Positions 39,619 to 48,842 of a stretch of 64,000 nt of DNA are shown here, piece after piece. The stretch is from Candidatus Kaiserbacteria bacterium (GTDB taxonomy: Bacteria; Patescibacteriota; Minisyncoccia; Phycocordibacterales; JABAAK01), in contig JAPOOC010000005.1 of assembly GCA_026713605.1 (NCBI GenBank), forward strand, positions 18,836 to 82,835, in the 5' to 3' direction. The notes beneath the pieces are model-generated. The model was given only the letters and a program-made list of their open reading frames with translations. It searched no databases and was not told where the DNA came from. Position 1 is the first letter of the stretch. Every line of letters begins with the position of its first letter. The position numbers and the translations under genes were made by a program.

Positions 39619-40557
39619 TTACAAAAGATGTTCTTCCACAACCGAGACAATTTCCTTGATCGTGAGAGAAGAGCTCACACCTTGCGGTGAACCAATAATA
39701 GTCGACGACCCGCCCCATCCGGGTTCTCGAGCAACAAGATCCTGCAAAACACCGTTAATATCTGCATACTTCGGGCTATACGCACACACGGTGAATTTCC
39801 AATGCGGTTCACCGCCACCGAGCCGAAACTCAGGATTCAATGCAACGACAACGGGCGCCCGAAGATAGCCCAGCATGGTCGCGGCACGGTGAGTGCTCCT
39901 AACCGCGGCAATAGAGTTACCCGGAGTGGTAATGCAAATAGCCCCCATCTCAAGAGCGGCAACAAGGTCTGCTCGCTCATTTTCGGCACGCTCTCGGTAA
40001 CCGGGTGGATCTTCCCCGGTCAACAGCCAGTGTTTCATCATGCCAACTCGCTCATCGAGCGGAACTTTGAAGTCCGCAACCGCAGCACCAATAGCGGCAA
40101 GCTGAAATGCACTCCCACCTTCCGGATACGAATTCTCTACTGTCGGGAGTGGGCGTGGGCCAGGCCAATCACCTTTTGCAAACTTATCCGCATCGGCAAC
40201 AATTTTTACCCGACTCACCGTTTCCGTGGTCGGAATGCCTCCCGTCTCATGCCCTACCTCAAACATCGCCATTGCACCAACAGAGTCAAGGTCGGGTCGA
40301 ACGGTAGCAAATGTTATTCCAGCAGGTGGCTCATAGAAAAGTGCCGCCAACTCAATAGCAGTCACAGATGAACTCCCGCCGCTATGCTGTGGGTCAATGT
40401 TCCGCTCGCAAAGAGCCGCCAAAGAAGGGATTGTCACTTCAATCCCCCAAACACCCCGCTCCCCAGCATCTGCAAATATCTGCTCATTATGAGCAGACGC
40501 CTCTTCGGTCGACCGCGGATCAAACTGTGCATAAGTGTAATATTGAAAATCGGACAT
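39619..40557 (-). CDS. hypothetical protein (slightly GC-richer than neighbours)
   Basis: 312-aa ORF with no motif recognised; Gly/Ala/Pro-rich. Confidence 0.4.
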   Translation of the reverse strand: MSDFQYYTYAQFDPRSTEEASAHNEQIFADAGERGVWGIEVTIPSLAALCERNIDPQHSGGSSSVTAIELAALFYEPPAGITFATVRPDLDSVGAMAMFEVGHETGGIPTTETVSRVKIVADADKFAKGDWPGPRPLPTVENSYPEGGSAFQLAAIGAAVADFKVPLDERVGMMKHWLLTGEDPPGYRERAENERADLVAALEMGAICITTPGNSIAAVRSTHRAATMLGYLRAPVVVALNPEFRLGGGEPHWKFTVCAYSPKYADINGVLQDLVAREPGWGGSSTIIGSPQGVSSSLTIKEIVSVVEEHLL

Positions 40558-40625
40558 TATAATGTCCTCCTAATAATGTAGTATTCTTACTTTATTGTAG
40601 CATTTTCCTCTTAATTTGCAAGGCG

Positions 40626-42785
40626 CTACGAGAATCCGTCCATACGGGCAACCATCAATAGCTCCGCATCTTTCCACACTCCCTCAGGGATGTGCTGCCA
40701 AATGGTTTCAGTAATAAACGGCATAAAAGGATGCAGTGCTTTGAGTGAAACCGTGTAGAGATAGAGCAGCAACGATTGTCGTGACTGCTTTGCATGCGCA
40801 TCGTCACCGGAAAGGATACCCTTACTCTCCTCAATAATACTATCCGCAAAGGTGTGCCAAATATAATGATAGAGTTTCTCAGCAGCGAGGTGGTACCGAT
40901 GCTCTTCCATGTCGCCTGTTATCTCTTGTAGCAATCTGTCAAACAAATTTTTATGCTCTCTGTCCTGCTCAGTAAGGTCAGTCACATAGGTACACCCTGC
41001 AGTTTCAGTCAATACAAACCGCCCGATGTTCCACACCTTGTTTGCAAACTTCTTATACCCACGGATTTTATCCAACGAAAAGTTAATATGCTCTCCCGGC
41101 ACATTACCAACAATATATGCCATCCGCATCGCATCCGTGCCATATTCTTTCGCCACCTCAGTCGGATCAATAACATTTCCTTTTGACTTGCTCATCTTTT
41201 CCCCTTTGCTATCACGCACCAATCCATGCAAATACACCTCTTTGAACGGTACCGTGCCGGTACGATAGAGTCCGAGCATCAGCATACGCACCACCCAAAA
41301 AAATAAAATATCATTGCCGGTTTCCATGATACTCGTTGGGTAAAAGTCACGATAATCTTTTCCATCCGGATACCCGAGCGTAATAAATGGCCACTGCCCA
41401 GAAGAAAACCATGTATCAAAGGTGTCGGGATCCTGCTCCACGACACCACCACACTTCTGGCACTGTGTTATGGTATCGTCAATGTCAACCACCCCATGAT
41501 CACACTGAGTACAAATTTTTGCCGGTATCGGTATGCCCCAAGCAATTTGCCGCGAGATATTCCAATCCTGCAATTGCAAAAGCCAGTGCAGGGCAACGCG
41601 CTGATGTCGCTCTGTAACAAAGGATACTTCCCCACCTTTGATTGCCGCAATCGCCCGCTTGGCTAAGGGCTCCATGGTGATAAACCACTGCTTCTTGAGT
41701 TGCGGCTCAATCTCTCGTCCACACTTATAGCACACCGAAACCGTATGAGAATACTCTTCGTCCGTTCGGACTAAGAGCCCCATTTTCCCCATCTTTTCCA
41801 CAATTTTTCCACGAGCATCCATACCATTCATCCCAGCAAACGCTCCCGCAATAGGCAATAATTTCCCCCGTTCGTCAATAATCTGCACAACATCCAAACC
41901 ATGCCGCTGCGCTATCTCCCAGTCAACTTTAGAGTGCCACGGAGTAATGGTCATTGCCCCGGTCCCCTTCTCTGGATCACCTGCCTCGTCTTTTATAACG
42001 GTCGCCTCTATACGACCATGTATCCAATCAACTGGTACTTTTTGTCCATGCGTATACCCTGCATACCGCGCATCGTCCGGATGCACCACCACATACTTGT
42101 CAGCAAACTTGGTCTCCGGTCGTACCGTACCAATCACAAACGGACCATACTGAAAGTAATAAAAAGGATCTTTTCGCTCCTGATGCTCCAACTCCAATTC
42201 AGAGAAGCCGGTCTGGTGTTTCGGACACCAATGCACCGAACGCAAATCTCGGTAAAGCAACCCATCCTTCTCCAGCTGCGCAAAAGTGGCATACACCTGC
42301 TCCTTCACCCGATCATCAAGGGTAAACAGCAACCGTGACCAATCACAACTCGCTCCAAGCGAGCGCAACTGCCCCTCCATATGCGATTTATTCTCCTGAG
42401 TAAATGCTAATATCTCAGCATACAGTTCTTCTGATGACATAGTAAACCGGGATCGTTTCTCCTTCGCCAATTTCTTCTCATATACCACCTGCGTTTCAAA
42501 CCCAGCATGGTCTGCACCCGGCACCCAGAGCACTTTCTTCCCCCGCATGCGCTGATACCGCACCATCATATCCTCCAGCGTCACAAACAGGGCATGTCCC
42601 GCATGAAGCGCCCCGTTTGCATTCGGCGGCGGCATAATCACCGTATATGCCTCCTGCCGTTCCCCCGGCAAATGGTCAGGGTTAAAAAACCCACTCTTTT
42701 CCCACAACGCATAGATAGATGCCTCATGCGCAGTATGATTGTACGGAGAGAGAAAAATCTCAGGTATAGCCGGCTGAGTAGTCAT
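40626..42785 (-). CDS. valS: valine--tRNA ligase (class I, compact form)
   Basis: HIGH-type motif PPPNANGALHAGHAL and KMSKS motif KMSKSKGN, editing-domain-like insertion, 719 aa. Val vs Ile specificity inferred from overall resemblance, not certain. Confidence 0.65.
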   Translation of the reverse strand: MTTQPAIPEIFLSPYNHTAHEASIYALWEKSGFFNPDHLPGERQEAYTVIMPPPNANGALHAGHALFVTLEDMMVRYQRMRGKKVLWVPGADHAGFETQVVYEKKLAKEKRSRFTMSSEELYAEILAFTQENKSHMEGQLRSLGASCDWSRLLFTLDDRVKEQVYATFAQLEKDGLLYRDLRSVHWCPKHQTGFSELELEHQERKDPFYYFQYGPFVIGTVRPETKFADKYVVVHPDDARYAGYTHGQKVPVDWIHGRIEATVIKDEAGDPEKGTGAMTITPWHSKVDWEIAQRHGLDVVQIIDERGKLLPIAGAFAGMNGMDARGKIVEKMGKMGLLVRTDEEYSHTVSVCYKCGREIEPQLKKQWFITMEPLAKRAIAAIKGGEVSFVTERHQRVALHWLLQLQDWNISRQIAWGIPIPAKICTQCDHGVVDIDDTITQCQKCGGVVEQDPDTFDTWFSSGQWPFITLGYPDGKDYRDFYPTSIMETGNDILFFWVVRMLMLGLYRTGTVPFKEVYLHGLVRDSKGEKMSKSKGNVIDPTEVAKEYGTDAMRMAYIVGNVPGEHINFSLDKIRGYKKFANKVWNIGRFVLTETAGCTYVTDLTEQDREHKNLFDRLLQEITGDMEEHRYHLAAEKLYHYIWHTFADSIIEESKGILSGDDAHAKQSRQSLLLYLYTVSLKALHPFMPFITETIWQHIPEGVWKDAELLMVARMDGFS

Positions 42786-42820
42786 ATATAGTGCAGTGTA
42801 TCACAAGCACGGCACGCATG

Positions 42821-43426
42821 TTACCGCACATCTTGAGTCGTATTCCGCCATACAATATAGAGCGGAGCAATCATAAGCCCAGCAACAGCCAAAACAATAC
42901 CGACAAACATACTGACAGCCAGCATGGTCTGCACCTCCTCGGGCGCACTTTCCAACGACACTGACGGAGAAAACGTATTTTGATAGAGCAACATGGTACC
43001 GAGCATAGTACCAAGCACTGCATAAAGTCGTGTTCCCCAGCGCAAAAGGATTTGCCATGTTTTGTCCTGATTTTTCAAAAGCAAAAAAAGCGAAGTACCG
43101 GCAAGGAGCGGTACATACACTTGCTTGAGATAAAAAGCCGTCATTTCAGCCACAGATAATGAGCCAAACGAGCGATGCAGCATGGATGGCACACTCATAA
43201 GAAGCAACAACACGCCAAAGGCAATCGCACCCCGTCGATGCGCACGAACACGCAGCATCGCAAATACCCCCAAAGCCGCCATTGTTGCGAACACAATGAC
43301 AAGTAACAACCCGTACCACGGCATAGCAGTCAGATTGCCATTAAACCATGTGAGCATAAAGACGAAAAACGACAGTACTATTGCCCCATAGTCAAAAATT
43401 TTCACAAGCAGACCTTCTCTCTCCAT
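42821..43426 (-). CDS. hypothetical polytopic membrane protein
   Basis: 201 aa with 5-6 hydrophobic helices. Confidence 0.4.
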   Translation of the reverse strand: MEREGLLVKIFDYGAIVLSFFVFMLTWFNGNLTAMPWYGLLLVIVFATMAALGVFAMLRVRAHRRGAIAFGVLLLLMSVPSMLHRSFGSLSVAEMTAFYLKQVYVPLLAGTSLFLLLKNQDKTWQILLRWGTRLYAVLGTMLGTMLLYQNTFSPSVSLESAPEEVQTMLAVSMFVGIVLAVAGLMIAPLYIVWRNTTQDVR

Positions 43427-43489
43427 GGCATACAGTATAGCAAGATAGTATATAAAATAGCCAAACGAAATATGTTGTATAAAAAGTAT

Positions 43490-43602
43490 TCCAAAAAAAA
43501 TACGGGCTACGGCTTAGTGCCGCAGCCCGCAAGGGAAAAAGAAAAAACCCACAGTGTTTGTTAACCTGTGGGTTTGAGGTTGAAGGCCAATCCTCACGGC
43601 CT
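43490..43602 (-). repeat. Conserved terminator module, copy B (partner of 26823-26935)
   Basis: Near-identical 113-bp element directly 3' of the minus-strand cassette ORF B. Confidence 0.7.
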
Positions 43603-43612
43603 TAACTAGGCA

Positions 43613-44023
43613 CTATTCCGAGGGAAAGTACCTAGAGTAAAGTTCATCAATGCATGGTCGGGGAAGATCCCCGAACACCTTCTGCACCACGGTGCAGTGT
43701 GGGGGGACGTGGTCCCCCACACACTCCCCGATCCCCGTGCAGTCGCGGTTCAAGTAGAGATGGGTGACTGTGGATCCAAACTTCTCCAGATCCGCGGAGC
43801 ACAAGAAGTTCGGATTCCCCTTGTTTGCCGCCAAGGCGGCCGCCTCGGACAAAGACCGTGCCGTGACGGTCACGACCTCGAAGGCGTCCTCCCAAGCAAC
43901 GATGCTTTTCCATCCGTTTTCGTTCACGGAGATGACCGGGGCCCCTTCTGCCCGAAGGCGGAAGGTGTACTTACGAATTTTTGCCGAGGTGGACGCGCTC
44001 GAAGTTTTCATTAAGTTCAACAT
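43613..44023 (-). CDS. hypothetical small protein (cassette ORF B, ~136 aa)
   Basis: Starts MLNLMKTSS at ATG 44021-44023 with an identical AAGGAGGGAAAA spacer upstream. Cys-rich C-terminus. Unrelated to cassette ORF A. Confidence 0.45.
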   Translation of the reverse strand: MLNLMKTSSASTSAKIRKYTFRLRAEGAPVISVNENGWKSIVAWEDAFEVVTVTARSLSEAAALAANKGNPNFLCSADLEKFGSTVTHLYLNRDCTGIGECVGDHVPPHCTVVQKVFGDLPRPCIDELYSRYFPSE

Positions 44024-44534
44024 TTTTCCCTCCTTAGGGAATATGGAACACCAGAACACACAACGGTGTCTAGTGTTCCGAGTTCAAGTTCAAAGAAAAC
44101 GCCATCCCACGGAACACCCGTGGTGGCAAAGAATCGGGTACATTAAGTAGCCCGCATAACCTGACAGAATACTATCCGATTATGTGGACTACCTAAGGTA
44201 CTACTATATAAAAGAGCAAGAATCATACAAATTATACTTTTACACGACTCTCTTAAGATGTCTTTGCGGATTGCGCTAATAACACAAAGTAGGAGTTTCC
44301 CTCCTGTAAATAAAATTGCCGCTTCCCAAATACATCTTAAGAGAATTGTCTAAACCACTGACTATAATATACCATAATATATTTAATCTGTCAAGCCCTC
44401 TCTTCTACCAAATGCTTGTAAACTATACACCGTTGCTTGCAAGTAATAGTACTATACCATAGATATAGCATTATGTCAAGTATCAGGCCATCCCCGCAAA
44501 AGAACTCGTGAACTAAGGGTTTTTGGGGGGTAGC
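44024..44534 (-). repeat. Conserved promoter/long-leader module, copy B
   Basis: About 95% identical to 27367-27876, including promoter TTGACA-17-TATATT (44394-44366 on the minus strand), the attenuator-like hairpin and the SD. Ends 10 bp from the prfA stop. Confidence 0.6.
44366..44394 (-). promoter_or_regulatory. sigma70-type promoter TTGACA-17-TATATT inside leader module B
   Basis: Same hexamers and spacing as copy A. Confidence 0.5.
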
Positions 44535-44544
44535 GGATTATGAG

Positions 44545-45507
44545 TCAGGCATCTGCCTCTTGGTCCGCCTCTTGCAACGCCTGTATGATTGGATCCAATG
44601 CCCCGGCAAGAATACCCTCAATATTAGACCAGCTTTTCTTGATGCGATGATCGGTTACTCGATCTTGCAACACATTATAGGTACGAATTTTTTCAGAACG
44701 ATCGCCGGTGCCAATTTGTGATTTTCGCATTGAGGCATACGCTTTCGCCTCCTGCTCTTCTCGCTCCTGCTCAACCTTCGCCGTGAGAATTTCTAATGCT
44801 CGCTCTCGATTCCGCAGTTGCGTACGCTCTTCGGTGCAACGCACCTCAATACCAGTCGGTGTATGCACCATCCGAACCGCAGATTCAACCTTATTCACAT
44901 TCTGCCCGCCCGCCCCACCAGAACGAGAAAATTCCATCTGTATATCACCCGGATCAAGTTCAAGTAACTTCTTTTTGCGTATAGGCAAGATAGCAACCGA
45001 CGCAGTGGAGGTATGTATTCTACCCGACTTCTCAGTCGCCGGAACTCGCTGTATCCGATGCACACCGGTCTCAAAACGGAAAAAATCATACACCACCTTC
45101 CCCCGTATCTGAAACGATGCCTCCTTATACCCATCAATATTATTTTCAGACAGTGAAACCGCAGAAAATGAATACCCTTTACTGCTGGCATACTTTTCAT
45201 ACATCACTGCAAGGTCACGAGCAAAGATAGATGCCTCATCTCCGCCAGCCCCTGCGCGCACCTCCAAAATAACCTCATTAGCACTCTTCGCTTCGTCGGC
45301 ATCTTCTTGCACAATCGCTTGTACCTGCTCCACAACTGCCTGCATTTGCGCTTGCAGTTCAGATCGCTCTTCCTGCACCAACGCCTCCATCCCCTCTTGC
45401 TGCATGGCATCCAGCTCAGCAAGCTTTTCCTCTAATCGACGATACTCTTTGACGATATACATCGTCCGAGGATCTGTTTCATACTGTGCTATATTGTCCA
45501 TACCCAT
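44545..45507 (-). CDS. prfA: peptide chain release factor 1
   Basis: PxT tripeptide (RVPATEKSGRIHTS) and GGQ (GGAGGQNVNKVE). Confidence 0.85.
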   Translation of the reverse strand: MGMDNIAQYETDPRTMYIVKEYRRLEEKLAELDAMQQEGMEALVQEERSELQAQMQAVVEQVQAIVQEDADEAKSANEVILEVRAGAGGDEASIFARDLAVMYEKYASSKGYSFSAVSLSENNIDGYKEASFQIRGKVVYDFFRFETGVHRIQRVPATEKSGRIHTSTASVAILPIRKKKLLELDPGDIQMEFSRSGGAGGQNVNKVESAVRMVHTPTGIEVRCTEERTQLRNRERALEILTAKVEQEREEQEAKAYASMRKSQIGTGDRSEKIRTYNVLQDRVTDHRIKKSWSNIEGILAGALDPIIQALQEADQEADA

Positions 45508-45522
45508 ATCGGCACAACACCG

Positions 45523-45915
45523 TTACTGCTGGTGTTCTCCTCTCTGTGGTGCCACTTTCTTTTCCGTTACTTTTTTTGACACAGACGGCTGTTGATTTCG
45601 TTTGCTCGCCAAAACATCTTCTGTTTCCTTTTTTTTCGGAGCAACCACTTCCCGTTGCCGCTTACCGGTGACAGATTTTCTCCCTGCTCGTGCCTTAAAT
45701 TTCTCAACCCGACCGGCAGAATCAATAATATTCTCTTCACCAGTATAAAATGGGTGGCTCGCAGAACTAATTTCAATTGGGATGACAAAGTGCTCAACAC
45801 CATCAACAACTTCTTTCACTTCAGAGGTTGCGGTTGATAATCCGACAAAATCAACTCCCACACCCGTATCACGGAACAGCACAGGGTGCACCTCAGGATG
45901 TGTCTCTTTTTTCAT
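45523..45915 (-). CDS. rpmE: 50S ribosomal protein L31 with Lys-rich C-terminal extension
   Basis: MKKETHPEVHPV... and FYTGE motifs of L31; about 60 extra basic residues at the C-terminus. The ORF-track start is further upstream. Confidence 0.65.
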   Translation of the reverse strand: MKKETHPEVHPVLFRDTGVGVDFVGLSTATSEVKEVVDGVEHFVIPIEISSASHPFYTGEENIIDSAGRVEKFKARAGRKSVTGKRQREVVAPKKKETEDVLASKRNQQPSVSKKVTEKKVAPQRGEHQQ

Positions 45916-45955
45916 ACTTACAGTATATACCATACCAATACTTGCCACAACCACG

Positions 45956-46918
45956 CTACCGGAAAGGGGCCAATGCCTGAGATAACGCCTTACTAAACGC
46001 CACGACTGAGTCATCATCAAGCACCGTCAACGACATCGCTCCTTGAGGCAACTTGCTGAGCCGTGATTGCACAACAGCAGGGTCAACCATATCCGTCTTG
46101 GAAAGCACAATAATCTCTTTCTTTTCAAGCAGAGTTTTGTCATATGCCAATAACTCATCACGAACAGTGTGATACGCCTTCAGGGGATCATCTTCCTCCG
46201 CGGAAACGAGATGCACTAACATTCGAGTCCGGGAAATATGCCGCAAAAACTTATGCCCCAACCCCTTCCCCTGCGCCGCTTTTTCTATGAGTCCGGGAAT
46301 ATCAGCAAGGGTATAGCCATGAAACATGCCAAGATTTGGCTCCAGCGTGGTAAACGGATATGCAGCAACGCGAGCAGACGCATTGGTCAAAGTATTGAGC
46401 AGTGTTGATTTTCCGGCGTTCGGAAAGCCAACAATCCCCACATCAGCAATAATGCGTAACTCAATACGAAACTGGTACGATTGCCCCTCCTGCCCCGCAG
46501 TTGCAGTGGCAGGAGTAGTGTTCACTGAACTTTTGAAATGCGCATTACCGAAACCACCCCTACCACCGGTAGCAACTAACACCCGCTGCCCCTCTTCAAG
46601 CATCTCAAAACGCTCCAGAGTAGTGGTGTTCAATACAACAGACCCAACTGGCACCAATACCGTTACGGCATCTCCGCCCTTACCATCTCGCAACACACCC
46701 TTACCGTCCTGACCGTTCTTTGCCCGCAACACCTCTTTTTCAGTGCATCGTTCAAGCACGCGAATATTCCGCACTGCCTCTATGTAGGCATCTCCACCAT
46801 TGCCGCCGTTGCCACCATCAGGACCACCTTTTGCAAGAAACTTTTCCCGTCGCCAATGCACTGCGCCATCCCCTCCTTTCCCGGCAACGATGGTAATTGT
46901 TCGTTCATCTACAAACAT
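45956..46918 (-). CDS. obg: GTPase Obg
   Basis: Obg fold N-terminus (GGDGGNGGNGGD), G domain GFPNAGKSTLL and DIPGLIEKA. Confidence 0.85.
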   Translation of the reverse strand: MFVDERTITIVAGKGGDGAVHWRREKFLAKGGPDGGNGGNGGDAYIEAVRNIRVLERCTEKEVLRAKNGQDGKGVLRDGKGGDAVTVLVPVGSVVLNTTTLERFEMLEEGQRVLVATGGRGGFGNAHFKSSVNTTPATATAGQEGQSYQFRIELRIIADVGIVGFPNAGKSTLLNTLTNASARVAAYPFTTLEPNLGMFHGYTLADIPGLIEKAAQGKGLGHKFLRHISRTRMLVHLVSAEEDDPLKAYHTVRDELLAYDKTLLEKKEIIVLSKTDMVDPAVVQSRLSKLPQGAMSLTVLDDDSVVAFSKALSQALAPFR

Positions 46919-46921
46919 ACA

Positions 46922-47290
46922 TTATTTTGTCAACATCCGTACGATGCCCATGCCAGTGCCGAGTACCACCGCCTGCCAAAATGAAGAAACAACAAAAAGT
47001 GGAAACACAAAGGCGATACCATACACCAGATTTACCGAAAGAATTGCTGACGCAAAGCCAAAAGTGAGAATACGCAACGGCAGTATCAACATGTGCATCA
47101 CCGGATACAGCAACATCTCAACAGCGGCAAAAATGATAAAAAGTAGTAAAAATGAGGGAACGATACCATACTCCGTCGGCAGCAGCGTTATAGCATCAAG
47201 ATAAATGACACTCAAATACAGCACTGCCCAGATAAGCAAAATTCGTACAACATACTTAAACTTCATTACATCCAGTATACTCCACACCAC
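46922..47290 (-). CDS. hypothetical small membrane protein
   Basis: 122 aa with 3-4 hydrophobic helices. Confidence 0.35.
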   Translation of the reverse strand: MVWSILDVMKFKYVVRILLIWAVLYLSVIYLDAITLLPTEYGIVPSFLLLFIIFAAVEMLLYPVMHMLILPLRILTFGFASAILSVNLVYGIAFVFPLFVVSSFWQAVVLGTGMGIVRMLTK

Positions 47291-47316
47291 CTAACAACCA
47301 TAGCAACACACACCAC

Positions 47317-47748
47317 TCAATCCTCCAGCACCCGCCGATGTGCTTTCTTTTGACCGTGCCGCTTCTTCCTCAGCAGACGGCGCTCTTGCGATGCTTTTGT
47401 CGGCATGGTCGGAACACGCACTTTCGGCTTGCGACGAGCAACAGCAAGCACATCGGCAAGCCGCTGGTATGCCTCATCAATATTTTGTCGCTGCGAACGG
47501 TGTTCTCGTGCCACAACAAGCAGGGTGCCATTTTTGCTTAATTTCGCCTTCGGAACCCTTTGCAAGCGCTTTCGAACCGCCCCATCTAAGCAGTGGGTGT
47601 TAAAAAAGAGGCGAACGGCAGATGAAGTTTTATTAACATGCTGCCCACCAGGACCACCAGCCCGCACAAAACGGAGTGAGAGTGAGGTTTCTGGTATTGC
47701 CACCAGATCACAAAATTCCTTTTTAGTGTCCATATATCCCAAAATCAC
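47317..47748 (-). CDS. arfB: alternative ribosome-rescue factor ArfB (peptidyl-tRNA hydrolase, RF-like)
   Basis: Small (143 aa) GGQ-motif protein (GGPGGQHVNKTSSAVRL) with a basic C-terminal tail. Confidence 0.7.
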   Translation of the reverse strand: MILGYMDTKKEFCDLVAIPETSLSLRFVRAGGPGGQHVNKTSSAVRLFFNTHCLDGAVRKRLQRVPKAKLSKNGTLLVVAREHRSQRQNIDEAYQRLADVLAVARRKPKVRVPTMPTKASQERRLLRKKRHGQKKAHRRVLED

Positions 47749-47887
47749 CCTTAGTATGCCCTATTTTTTGATGTATCACCTGTGATCTCCACCCCACAAA
47801 AACCCCCGATAAACGCCAAATAATTAGTACTGAAAACGCCAAAAAGCCAGAATATACCCTATAAAGTAACGATTTCTTTCAAATAGG

Positions 47888-48101
47888 TTGACATATATAA
47901 AATTATATGCTATTGTATATACCAGATAAGGAAATGGTGGATTTGGCAACTTAGCGACTTGATGCCAGTCGCCTGAAGAGTCCATGGCAGGACGAAAAGA
48001 ATTACAAATTATACACCATAAAGATGTAACACTTTACATTGGCAAACGGGGCACTAAGCATATTCCTCAAAAGAGTATCCTTAGTGCCCCGTTTGCTTTT
48101 T
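47888..48101 (+). ncRNA. candidate small RNA: TTGACA promoter to strong intrinsic terminator, no ORF
   Basis: TTGACA at 47888-47893 with AT-rich -10 candidates. Internal hairpin GCGACT-tgatgcc-AGTCGC. Perfect 17-bp stem GCAAACGGGGCACTAAG...CTTAGTGCCCCGTTTGC (48042-48096) followed by TTTTT. No plus-strand gene upstream. Confidence 0.35.
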
Positions 48102-48200
48102 ATACCAAAACACCATATCAGATTCTCGGCTGAAGTGCAGCAAGCATTGAATCCTCTGCTGAAATACAGCAGACCTGGCATGCACATGAGCAAGGACCAA

Positions 48201-48836
48201 CTACTTGTCTGAGATAAATACAAACTTTCCATCCGGGGAAAAATTATACCAATATTCCAAACTAGGCGCGGCCAGGAATAGACCACGGCTGTCGTTAAGG
48301 GTACGAAAAAACATAAAAGCATCGACATGCGAACTGTCAAGGGGTTCCGTGAAGATAGTCTCATATTCTTCCGTAGCGTGTACCAGGCCGTACTGTGGTC
48401 CAACCCATGGAGGGCAAGGTTTGAGTCCTTGCGCTTCTGCGGCTTTGAATACTTCTTCCGGGGTGCTGCTATCAGGAAGTCCGAGGTCTTTCAGGGTTAC
48501 TTTCTTGAGGCGTACCTGCTCTTCTGGTATAGTGGTGAGTTGGTTGAGGAGGTCTTTTGCGCTGGAAAGTACGCGACCCCCCTTTTCCTTAAGTGCCTCT
48601 ATATACGCCGCGCCAGAGCGATACTCAGCAGAAAGGTAGAATATGCCCTCTTGCTGTTCTTTGTAGAGCACAATGTTTTCCCGTAATCGCTCCGTTTCAG
48701 TAGCAAAACTGGTACGGAGTTCTTTCGCTTTTTCAGAGTCACTTCCTTCACTCATCAGTACTGCTCTATACTCATCTGCAGTGTCTTGTAGTACCTGGTA
48801 CTGTTGCTCTAAGGATTCGCAGGTTATCTCTTGCAT
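48201..48836 (-). CDS. paralogous family protein 1 (MQEITCESLEQQYQ... family, unknown function)
   Basis: 211 aa. Shares a conserved N-terminal ~150 aa (ending ...GLKPCP(P/A)WVGPQ) with ORFs at 50811, 53804 and 54517. C-terminal ~60 aa are variable. All four end ...FVSDK. Confidence 0.5.
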   Translation of the reverse strand: MQEITCESLEQQYQVLQDTADEYRAVLMSEGSDSEKAKELRTSFATETERLRENIVLYKEQQEGIFYLSAEYRSGAAYIEALKEKGGRVLSSAKDLLNQLTTIPEEQVRLKKVTLKDLGLPDSSTPEEVFKAAEAQGLKPCPPWVGPQYGLVHATEEYETIFTEPLDSSHVDAFMFFRTLNDSRGLFLAAPSLEYWYNFSPDGKFVFISDK

Positions 48837-48842
48837 ATGTCT

